Assembly (NCBI GenBank): GCA_030704615.1
Contig: CM060732.1
Span: forward strand, 15,810,001-15,874,000
Direction: 5' to 3'
Origin: Takakia lepidozioides
Taxonomy: Eukaryota > Plantae > Bryophyta
DNA: 64,000 nt
Below are positions 40,296 to 51,700 of the stretch, in pieces (positions within the stretch are counted from its first letter, which is position 1; every line of letters begins with the position of its first letter). The translations under genes were made by a program, and so were the position numbers. The notes beneath the pieces were generated by a model. It was not told the origin of the DNA and did no database searches. It saw only the letters and a program-made list of their open reading frames with translations.

Positions 40296-42920
40296 TCACT
40301 CCTCATTTTCATCAACTTCATCTTCAGGCAAACAACTCTCTACCAAGCCTTCCAAATCCTCTTCAAACTCAAGTCCAATCTCATCTAATAAATCAGCCTC
40401 GTTATCTCCAAACTCTTCCAAGTTTGAAGCATCCACACCCAAGCGAGGATCATCGGGCCAATTCTTCACTAGAGGAACAAGCTTATCAAGGTTCTTTGTT
40501 CCAAGCTGACATCGACGAAGGGATGTGAGCACACCCGCAAGCGAAAAAACCCGTTCGGTTTCAATTTGACTTCCAGGAATCCCCAAAATCTGCTTAGCGA
40601 AGAATCCAACTACTGGAAAACGGCTTTCATTCTCCTTCCACCATTGTAGAGGATTTAATTCACATGCTTTGGTATGCAATTGCAAGTTCCGAAAACATGC
40701 AAGCTCTTGTTTAACCTGCAATCATACGGTGAATCAATGATTAAATTAACAAATAAACTAATCTATGATATGTATATGTTTGACATTTAGGCAAGTCTAT
40801 AGTCCATAAATGATCACACTTCAATCGTAAATACACACTTACTTGCTCCATTGTAGTGTGAGTTTCGGAAGCTCCAATACCAAACACAGCATCACTCTCA
40901 AAAACCGCTTCCAAATCTGCATTTCCAGCAACATCCATGCCTTCCAACCCACTTTGTGCCCCATGGTTCTTTCTAGAGATCACAGTAAGCATCGGAATGA
41001 GCAAACGATGGTCATACTCCATGGCAATGTTCTTCGCCGCTGCCAAACCCACATACTTTGTAACAAGTGACAAATCTTTGAATCGAGGGTCTAGCATGAG
41101 GGCAAGCATGTTATGTGCTTTGTGGCGTGTAAAGGCATGCATGAAATCAAGGAAAGGAGCTAGAACATTCTTCACTTGCTCACGCATCCGCGCCTTGAGA
41201 ATCATCAACTTTTGACCAAAATCATGACGTGGGGCAGCCATGACTTGAGCCTCCAACTCGATACACTCGGTGTCCATTCTTACACATATCATCATCACCT
41301 CCCTCAATGCATCACCGAGCAACCAATAGCCTTGTCGTTGGTTGATTACACATGCAGAAACTACCGGTGACAAGGTGCTTGAGATTGCTTCAGCCACGGC
41401 CCACACTTCAGGTGAAGGAACTCTAGTTTGCAAAGCCATGGTTTGATTCATATAACATATGTGAATTGCTTCACGAAACTGCAAAGCTTGCTGGAACATA
41501 ATGACCTTCGAGGCAAAACTGGTCTTCACTGGCGTACTGAGCTTGCGCGGTCTGATTTTACATTCCACACATGCTTTGGCCCACTCCCTTGCCACTCTTC
41601 TTCGGCCAAGTTATGCATGCTTGGATTTTGCTTTGAGCAGCCTTGATGCTAACTGGGGCTAAGCCTTCGCCCAACTTATCATCTGATGTGGCATACTGAC
41701 AAGCTTTGGACGTGGCATGTCCGAAGCATGAGCCTACATATGGAATCAATAGGTTCAAGACATCACAAGATACAACCTGTTTCAAAGCAGTGGTCAAAGT
41801 GTTGGGATTGGCGCCCTCGTCCTTCACATAACATATAATCTTCTTGGTTAAACCAAATTTTTCGAGCAATTCACAGAGCTGTCTTGCCAAAGTAACACCT
41901 GTTGTATCATTGGCCTCAAATAATCCAAGCGTCACGTGTTTGGGTTCCCAGTCATAGGAGAGAAAATTGAGCACCAAACAGAAAGTATCTTGTGCCCCTC
42001 TACTCATCCACAGGTCAAATGTTGCGGTACAAGTAGCACAAGCCTCCAACAATGGTGTCACTCATTCTGCCAAACACCTCTCCACCATCTGAGGTATGAC
42101 CTCTTCAGTCATGGCCTTGCGAGATGGAAAGACACAACGATTATCTCGTCTCAATGTAAATCGCCTCACCCAAATATTCTCAGCAATGCTCAAAGGCATC
42201 AACCCCTTTGCACACATCAACACCAAATCCTCTAGAAAAGCTATTTGATTAGCATCATGTTTTCCATAAGGTGTGGAACTACCAAAAAATTCAAAAATGG
42301 CCCATGCTGCCACTTTACTCCTTTTTTTTTGTAGGCTGCCTCTCGGAAGTGGTTGAGGAAGCTTGAGCCTTCAACTCCTGGGACCATAAATCTAATAATT
42401 CCTTATGCTCAGCAACGACATGGTTTTTCAGATTATTGTTGCCCCAATTTTTGTTCTAAGTAACAAGACCTTTCTTACCCCTTGTTTTCTGAGAAGGTAA
42501 ATGTTGTGAAGCAGCTCTACCATGACATAGAATGCACCGCAAAACTTGACCCTTGCAATTTTCTGAAAGAACCCTCTCATCTGAATTGAAGGCAAAAAAT
42601 GCCCAAGGCTCGGACTTACGGCCATATGGAACCCAAAATGCTTGTTGTTGGCGAAGAAACACAAGTTGCTCCTGATACTGGCCCCCACCACCTTCAATTG
42701 ATTGATTCATCACGCTACTTGATGAAGCAGCAGTCTGTCCTGTTACAGAAGGAATATCTGATATGGTTGAATTTTGCTCCAGGCCATTATGTGGGTCCCG
42801 TATAAGAGGGATAATAGGAACAGTCGCATTATGTCGGTCCCCTTGAAGAGGGATAACATGAATAGTATCAGGCCCCGTCATGTCAAGGCCAAGACTCCAA
42901 TTGGGGTATCTGTCCATCAT
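40296..42920 (-). pseudogene. hAT transposase (BED-like finger, DDE core, hATC dimerisation domain) with stops and frameshifts
   Basis: RCILCH...LKNHVVAEH; TFDLWMS; VKDEG; CFGH; LMLDPRFK; PLQWWKENESRFP...IPGSQIETERVFSLAG. Intron at ~40851-40719; stops at 42456 and 42062. Confidence 0.92.
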
Positions 42921-43019
42921 AAGACCTAAAAAAAGAGCAAATCAACAAATCATTAATGTTATGGCATGCCCCACCATGCTGAGAGAGAAAAAGGGGCTGT
43001 CACAGGAGCATAAGACAAA

Positions 43020-43640
43020 GAATGGAGAGGGGAGAAGCACAATGCACATAAGAGGGAGAGAGTGGGGGCCCGCCATTGGAGCATAAGGTATAAGAGAGAG
43101 CAAGGCCCGACCAAGGTGAAGCACAAGGCAACAAAGACAGTGGCGGGGGCCGCCGCTGGAGCACAAGATGTACAGGAGAGAGAATGATAGGGTAGGGGTA
43201 GAGCACGAGGTCACAAAGAGAGTGGCGGGCCCACTGGAGGGCCTTGCAAGAAGGAGAGAATGAGCACAAGGAGACAAAGAGAGTGGTGGGGCCTGTTGGA
43301 GGGCCTTGCAGGAAGGAGAGAATGAGCACAAGGTGACAAAGAGAATGGCTGGCCTTGTAGGAAAGAGAGAGTGAACACAAGGAGACAAAGAGTGTGGTGG
43401 GCCCGCTGGAACACTTACACTTTGCATTAAGGAGAGAGTGGCGGGGATTGCCGCTGCTCAAGCACCGGCGCTGAAGGAGATGCTTTGCTTGATAGAGATA
43501 ATGGCGGGGACCGAGGAAGGAGACAGCGGCCGTGGCGCCGGGGACCACCGCTGAAGCACAAGCCCTAGCACACTCTTTTTGCAAGAAGAAGGGAGTGGCA
43601 AGGACGCAAGGACCGGTCTTGGAGCACAAGCTGAAGAAAA
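43020..43640. repeat. Degenerate ~60-70-bp tandem repeats in the hAT 5' region
   Basis: Recurring agcacaagg...caaagagagtggcggg(g)ccc...ggagggccttgca units. Confidence 0.7.
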
Positions 43641-44149
43641 CAAAATAAACAAATAAACAAATAAACATGCTAGTGTTTGTCGTTTGCCCTCTCTACTAGC
43701 AAATATCCTAGTTATCAAATTATTATACCCTTCCTTATTACCCGGCCATTGAATAGATTTACCCTGAAATTAAGGGTATCCTTCGAAATTTCAAACCCCA
43801 GGGTATAATCCATTAAGGGTATAACAAAAATAATTATCCTCGACAAGGGTAGGGTAAGGGTATTTTTGAATTTCCAGGGTAGGGTATATCCATATACCCT
43901 TATTGGGTTTTACCCTCAGGATATAATGGCAGAAAAAGGGTATCCTCCCAACACTGGACGGAACCCCGCAAGAAAGCAAGTCTGTTCATCTTTCTTGTTT
44001 CTGCACTTAGAGGAAGAGAGGTAGTCAAGCTGGAAAGGGTTCCTTGTTCGGTTCGGAAGAGGAGGAAGTCATTGTATTTTACATTGCTTAGAGAGAGAGC
44101 AAATGACAAGGCGTCGCATGCAAGATGCACTACAACAGATTGCGGCTTT

Positions 44150-44468
44150 TACGTCTCTGTGTTATGACTGCAAATGCAGTTATGGAAACGTAAAAGCCTA
44201 GTCAGTTGTGACATGGCAGATATGACTCTCCAGGCTGGCTGTGACGTGGCGCCTGAGCAGCTGTGGGGGTAGTCATACACGTTGGCTTTACAAATGACTG
44301 AATGGACAGTGTAGTCCATGTCAGCGGCTGTGCAAAAGTGACACGTGCTCGATACAGAAAATGACACGTGGCAGAGTGTTCGCTCTCCATGAGAGTGACC
44401 TATGACTACGAGCGTGCTAATCCGATTGCAACACGTGGCGTGTTGCAGTTTTTACACGTGGTCCCTCA
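44150..44468. repeat. Cluster of G-box-like (a)cacgtg/gacgtggc motifs, probably the subterminal region of the MULE
   Basis: tgacgtggc, gacacgtgc, gacacgtggc, aacacgtggc and tacacgtggtccct occur within ~320 bp. Confidence 0.45.
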
Positions 44469-45299
44469 GCAAATTGACATGTGTCATGATGGGTTATTTT
44501 GTCTTGGATATATTGCTTTTTTTTTACATATTTGTATTTCCACCACGTGGTGTAGCACTATTGGAGAGTGAAAATAGATGTAGTCATTATTATGACTGAT
44601 AGAAGTCATATACATGTCTATTACAACAATGAAATATAATATATAATACAAACAGAACAAGGCAGCAAAACATAACTGCAACAAGCTGAGCAAATCCAAG
44701 AGATTGTACACCATCTCTATTTATCAATCTATTTATCATTATTATTTTTGTCGCGATCTAAAAATACATAAAATAGTCACATGTTCTCATGTGAATTATA
44801 TTGTCTAATTGTAACACTTTGAAAAGTGTTCACCCAAATCTTCTAACTACTCGTGTATTCCATCAATCTGCAACCCATCAAAAACAAGGGCTTGCATGGC
44901 TTTAAGAATCACTACAACAAGGACATATGTTTGTTTTCCAAGTTCTTGCATAAGATGCACCAAGCAACATTGCATTGTGAGACACTCACTAACTATACTC
45001 CAAAGCGTCCAGGGAAGGTCACTGAGCAACCTGCCAAGGCGGAAACAATTAAGAGAATTATCTAATACCATATATGAAAAACCAATGCCACTGTTGTTTA
45101 TGGTAACTTCTATCCCATGGACTCCTAAACAAACCAAAGCAAACAGGTTGGGTGTGTTGGCGAAGTCAGATACTTCACAAAGAAACATGCACTAAAAATG
45201 AGAGCCAAGAGGATAGGAAGGTCACTCACGTTTATACGAAGACGTCTTGCCCACTGCCCAGCACCCTGCGTCACCCACACTCTATCTCTACTCCTTCAG

Positions 45300-46980
45300 C
45301 TATCCATGCCTCTGCACAAATCAAGCATTCATCCTTGCCTTGTTGCTAGCAAATGACAATGACAGCCTACATTTGGAATAGGAAACACCCAACTCAGCGG
45401 AGCACACTAGGCGCTATGCTGACATGCGTCTGCTACAATCTGAAATGTAGCAGGCATTCACCTTTCTGCCCCGGTTGACCCATCAGTGATTGGGATCATA
45501 TAAGTATTTGTTCCACAACTTCTCCTCATCTCTGTTACCTGTTTTTTGATACTTTCCTGTTGTCACATTGGCAGTATCATGTCAAAGTCACTCCAAACTA
45601 GATTCACTCAACCAGCTAACTTGCAGAATTGAACATGGCAATTTAGGGCCGATTTTGATAAGAGGGAAAAACAGGGTGAAATGTGTTGAAGAAGATGCCT
45701 TCATTAGCAGGGTACCTTCACCCCTTTCCCCATCATTTGCTTTCAGGTCTCCAAAGCCCCATCCCGCGCTCCTGCTCTGCACACCCTGCAAGCATCGCAT
45801 TCCTCGACAGCACATCTCGTTCAGCCATACTCCCTTGGCATCCTCAATGCTCCCACATTTAGCATACATGGCCACCAGAGCAATGTTCAGGATGACATCT
45901 CGTGCTTTTTTTTTTTATGTCACTCTAGTCATCACGGCCAGAGAAACAACAGGATTGCGCACTTGATTGTGCAGAGGTTCAGAAACACCGCTACCATGTC
46001 ACCATGGACCTGCCAGGCCAAGATCCATTCAACCAGCTAACTTGCAGAATTCAACATGAAAATATAGGGCCAAAAAACAGGGTGAAATGTGTTGAACAAG
46101 GTACCTTGATTAGCAGTGTCTGATTTTATCAATTGTGTCGTTGCTTCTGCAGCTTCCAGTTGATCATCTACCCATGCAGGACCTATGATGGACCTCTGTG
46201 CCCTTTCCCAGAGCTGCCAGGCTCACATTGGGCATACATGTCCACCTGGGCATAGTTCAAATGACATGTGGTACAATTCCAGCTTTGACATTGACACCAT
46301 GGATCTGCTCCATTTTCCAGGGCTGCCATGCTCGCATTTGGCATAGATGTCCACCAGAGCAGAGTTCAGAATGACATCTGGTACATTTCAGCTTTGACAA
46401 TATCACTGTGGACCTGTCCGTCCATTCCACAACTATCAGACTCACATTTGGCATACATGTCACCAAGGCAGTGTTCAAAATCAGATTTGGTGTACAGTTC
46501 CAGCTTTGACAATGTCACCATGGACCTCTACTCCCTTTTCCAGGGCTGCCAGGCTTGCCTAAACTTGTGTTCAGAATCACACATGGTACGTTCCAGCTAA
46601 TTTGACGATGTCACCATGGCCTCTGCTCTCTTTCCCAGGGCTGTTAGGCTCACATTTGGCATACATGTCCACGAGGGCAGTGCTCAGAATCAGATCTGGT
46701 ACAATTCCAGCTTTGAGGATGTCACCATGGACCTCTTTGCCCAGTTCTAGGGCTGCCAGGCTCACATTTGGCATACATGTGCTGCATGGCAGAGCTCAAA
46801 ATGACATCTAGTACAATTCCAGCCTTGACGATGTCACCTGAGAACTTTGCGCCCTTTTTCAGAGGTAGCATGCTCACATTTGGCATACATGTCCACCAGG
46901 GCAGTGCTTAGAATCATACCTGGTACAATTCGCGCTTTGAAGATGTCACCATGGAAGTCTTTGCCCTTTTCCAGCCCGCT
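45300..46980 (-). pseudogene. Degenerate, tandemly scrambled PLS-class PPR gene fragments
   Basis: Repeated LELGKEVHGDILKAGIVPDLILSTALVDMYAKC and MYAKCGSIEDAKGV units (about 8 recurrences of catttggcatacatgtc); many frameshifts; internal duplication at 45600-45710 and 46020-46120. Confidence 0.85.
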
Positions 46981-47844
46981 ACCATGCTCGCACATGCTTT
47001 GCCCCCACAAACCAACGTGATGTGGTCAGGTTGAAGTACACCTCTCCCCGTACCTGATTATAGGGGCACATAGAGGACCTTGAGGATGATCTGAAGGGCC
47101 TACCTCTACCCTTGACACTAGACCTGAAATTTAAACTCAAGTTGGGGAGTCTATCTTTGCACAATACCAGATGTAGAGAGGTAAAGGAGATAGTAAATGT
47201 CCGACATGCCAACGGCCTGAAGACGATATCCGTTCTCTGATACAATGCCTGAGTAACATCAAAGTCACTCCAAACCACCACAGATCCACCCAACGAGCTA
47301 ACTTACATGACCCATGGAGGATTTGACTGACCATGAACCCAAGAGGACCTCTTGTGTGTGCTGCTTGTGTCTGTAGTCAGGTAAAGTCGGATTGGTCAGT
47401 GAGAACCACCACGATGCAGCTGAGCGGGCAGAGATTGAAACATGGCCTGCTAAGACCAAGCTGACTCTCCCAAGAACTTTGTAAACATCAGGAAGAATAC
47501 CAAATCATGGTACTAACAGGAGCCAACAACCCACATTTGCAGAATGGACAAACTTCTTCACATCGTACATTAAGAAGAAGCCACACCTTGCGATTGCGGT
47601 TGTCCCACCATCGTGAAGGATCTTTAAGAAACTCATGCCAGCTCTGCTCCGTGCTACAAATTCAGGGCCGAGCGGGTAGAGATTGAAACACGGCCTGCTA
47701 AGACGAAGCTGACTCTCCCAAGAATGGCGAACTCCCAGCCGAAACCTCCTCGCACACATACCCTAGCGTTTCTAGGGTTGCTTGCTTCAGATGCGAAGGT
47801 TGCTCCAACTGCGGGCCTCCCATGCATGTTTGCCCTCCCTCCCA

Positions 47845-48000
47845 CTCGCTCGCTCTAAGTCCCAGCCCTCTCTCTCTCTCCCTCCCTCCCGCTCTTACGC
47901 TCTAAGTCCCAGCCCTCTCTCTTTCTCTCCATCCCTCCCGCTCTTACGCTCTAAGTCCCAGCCCACTCTCTCTCCCTCCCTCCCTCCCTCCCGCTCGCTC
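47845..48000. repeat. CT-rich tandem repeat (cgctctaagtcccagccctctctct) x3
   Basis: Three ~50-bp units are directly visible. Confidence 0.85.
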
Positions 48001-48079
48001 TAATTCTGTTCACGGCTATCGCGATGGGCAACTTTTTAAGTTTTTTAACCTTTTTACAAACCCTATAAGCAACTTTTTG

Positions 48080-48285
48080 ATTTCTTTTTTCTTTTATTTT
48101 TTATTTTAAAGGAAACCTTAGGCCCTTGAGGAGGGGGAAAAATTAACCCCCTTTCGTTTATGGGCCATGAGACCTACAGGACGATCAGCCCAGACATACC
48201 GTCACAAACAATCCCACACACGTGGTAGGGCAGCGGGTTTGAAACCCGAACCACTAGGGTGACATACTGTGCACTTACCAGCCGA
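48080..48285 (-). mobile_element. Possible tRNA-derived SINE
   Basis: Minus strand has an A-box-like cggctggtaag and a B-box-like gggtttcaaaccc at tRNA-like spacing, then a short body and an A-rich tail. No TSD found. Confidence 0.4.
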
Positions 48286-48700
48286 TGTGTTTTTTTTTTA
48301 ATCTTTTGCACTTTGGTTATTTTTATTTTTAATAATAATACTAATATTATTATTATTATTATTCATTCTAGTGGTCAGAGTCTCCGTTTTTCCAAATATA
48401 AATACTCATATATTATATATGTAACCAAAAAAACATACACGTGCAGTCATATAGTGATTCTTCCATGTGATGATTTGGCAGAATGCATTAGAGTGAGAGT
48501 CATAAAGTCATATGTCGGTCTAGCAATATGCACACGTCATTCCAGTGTAGCCATGACCGTGACTGGTAGTCATATCCGCCATGCCAATATTTGTGGTCAA
48601 ACATGTTTGACCTATGTTGCACAGAGTTCGGAGTCATGCAGTCGCATATACGCCTTTCCCTAGACCAACGTTATGACTTCAAAGGCATTTACGACTACAA

Positions 48701-51700
48701 ATGGCATTTCTACCACAAATCTGTCATGATTGCGCACCCATGGGAGTCATAAAAGCCGCAATTTGTTGTAGTGATGGTGCAGCGCTTAGGCAGCATGTGA
48801 ACTTCGAGACAGGTCAAGCAGAAGAGTATGTAGGAAGTGAGATTGAGGTCGCCGCAGTCGTAGCGACGGCTGGAGCAGTGAGCGTAGGTAACCAGACAGT
48901 GCCAGCCAAGTTCATGCCCGAAGACAAGAGAACAGGGGGAGGAGCAGTGGACGCCATACAGGGAGGAAGTCTGCAAACCCTACATCAGACAGAAATGGTG
49001 AGCACTCCATATCCATATACTACTGTTTTCATTAGTCTTGGTGTTCTCCCTTCTAAGTGGAATTCAATAACATGGTTTATCTTGTGTTCAGACCGATGAA
49101 AAATGGAAGAGGAAAGCAGAAGAGGGCGATCCGAGCGATGCAGCCACGAAGCCGAAGAAGACGAAGGGATCCGTAAGTTGTCTCAAACGCACTTCTCCCT
49201 CTTTACTGATGGTCCCCAGATGTGAGAAAAGCGATGATCGATGGCGATCATCGCTTTACAGAAGAATGTAGTTGGTGTTGTAGTTCAGCAGATTCAGGAA
49301 GGGAAGCAGGCAGGAAAGTATACGTTTCAAGGCGAAAGTGATGATCGGTGCCAACCATCACCTTCGCCATTGTTTTATTTAAGCATAGAATGCCAATTTC
49401 ATTGTGATGCAAGAGTGCCAAGGAACTAAAGTCGCATCTTGCAATGACGTAGAAGCGATGATCGGTAACGATCATCGCTTTAAGATCCATTCCCTTCTTG
49501 TTCAGATCAGTTTGGAAATGGCGTGGTCGTTCAGGAAAGTGATGATCGGTGCCGACCATCACATTCAGCTCTCATGGTTTGTGCATCCCTTGGCAGTTAC
49601 ATTGTGATGGTCGGTACCGATCATCACTTTCGGTAATGACTGGATATTACTTCAAAATCCAAACTCGCACTGCAACCCTTTGTAGAATGAAATGCTTTAG
49701 GTTGAAAAATGTCCATCGCACTTCAGATCTGGAATTGCAGTAACAGAAAAGCGATGGTCGGTGGCGATCATCGCCTCCAAGTCCATTTCTTTGCTCTAAA
49801 TCTCATACAATGAAATGCGGAATTATGCTGGAAAGTGATGATCGGTGCCGACCATCACATTCAGACCTCATGGGTTGTGCTTCCCAAGGCAGTCTGATTG
49901 TGATGATCGGTACCGATCGTCACTTTTTGAACGGATTGTCACTACACCAGAATCCAAAAGAGGAGACCAACCCTTTGCGTACTATAAAGATTTAGGATGA
50001 AAGAGGTCCAGATAATTCATAGGAGAAATCGCAATGACACAAAAGCGATGATGTGTGGTTGTCATCGCTTCCAGGTCCATTCCTTCGCTAAAAAGTTCAA
50101 TGAGTGAAAGAAGGGATTTTGACTAAGAGTGATGATCGGTGCCGACCATCACATTCAGACCTCGTGGGTGTGTGCATCCCAGTGTTGTCTTGTTGTGATG
50201 TTCGGTACCGATCATCGCTTGCATCATCCTGATGGTCGGCACCGATCATCGCAGTCTAGTGAGAACTGAGTCAAGGTGCATTGGGAAACCAACTAAATTT
50301 TCCATTCATTTGTTAGAAGACAAAGTGATGGTCGGTACCGATCATCACTGTTTAAAAATGTCTGTTTCCAGAACACCAGTTGAATGTTGCGATTGTGGGT
50401 TTTGGGTATGCAAAAAAATGTAAAGTCTAAGCAGGGAGAAACAGATGCAAAGGGCTCTGGAGAAGGGGACGACTCCACGAAGAGTTCTGAAAACAGCGAA
50501 GACACAGACGAGCCTGAATTGCACTACCTTGACAAGGTGAAAGAACTTATGTCATATCAAAAGGTAAATTCCCGGGAGGGTATTAGGGACATGATCGTCT
50601 CTGGAGGACGTCTTGAAATCCCTCTCTGCCGGATGATCTCCATGCCTGTTGTTCGTCCTCCACTTTTGCACGACATTACCAAGTTGGAAACAGATTTCGT
50701 GCACGGGTATAGAATGGGTGCACAAGTTTTCTACGTCTCACTGAAAGATACGAATGGTCACAGCACAAAAGTGAGCCCAGAGATTACGGACAACTGGGAT
50801 GATTGCTGGAAGGATGTGAATGACGAGTTCGAGGACTCTCTGCTACTTGGACATAACACCCAGCAGTTCTGCAACCACATGTTCTATGTCTAACCATCGC
50901 CTGCTAGCTTGGATGGGGTACATTGCAAAACACCATTCAAAAGACAAGAACAAGCATTGTACTGTGGAGGCAATGGTTCTGGATCCTGGGAACGACATCG
51001 CGAGACTTCTGACAGTTATGCATGACGTGAACAAGTAGGACATCCTAAAAACCCCATTGCCTTTCAAATTGCATGTTGTGCACATTTCAAGTCCAATCGT
51101 TAAATATTTCTTACCTATGCAATGTATATTCTCTGTTTGCAGATCGACAGAGAAATCGCATGTTACTACGAGCTTGGTCCACACACTATTCCGTATTCAG
51201 AGAATTGGTTTGATGAAGCTTGATGAGTTCCGCACAGTGCTACATCCTAATGTAATATTCAAGAAGTGCGAAACAGGAAGAGCTGCAGGGACCCGGTACT
51301 CGTTGACCCGAGATACATTTCTGGAGTACATGTATGTGGTATGGCCCAACCCACTTCTTCCTATCTTCTTCAATACAAATTTGCAATCGTATGTGTTCTA
51401 ATCCAATCGTTGTTACATGTAGCAAGGACTGGCAGAGGCCGCCGAGAGGGGGAAATCTGAGTACTACCGCACTACAGCAGAAGAGCTGAGGACTGCTAAA
51501 GGTGTTGGAGCAGCCATAAAGAAGGAGTACGAGATAAGGAGGAAGAAGCTGATGTCCGCCTTCCTGAAGCAATTGAGAATAGTGGATCCCGGACTTGAGG
51601 AGGAGTTCCTTCTCCAAATCAAATCCCACTACGACAAGCATGTACATCCAGAGATGCAACAGGAGAAATTGCACAGGCTGGCTCTCTCCATGGTCGACCC

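Larger units (their letters stand above)
39925..43956 (-). mobile_element. Full-length hAT DNA transposon, 4032 bp
   Basis: TIR cagtgttgggagg(g/a)ta; 8-bp TSD gacggaac at 39917-39924 and 43957-43964; dense subterminal agggta motifs at both ends. Confidence 0.95.

Noticed and set aside
49231-50350. CRISPR-like array (palindromic repeats with spacers)
   Set aside because: The spacers are irregular in length and themselves repeat with a ~295-bp period; the array lies in a spliceosomal intron and there are no cas genes.
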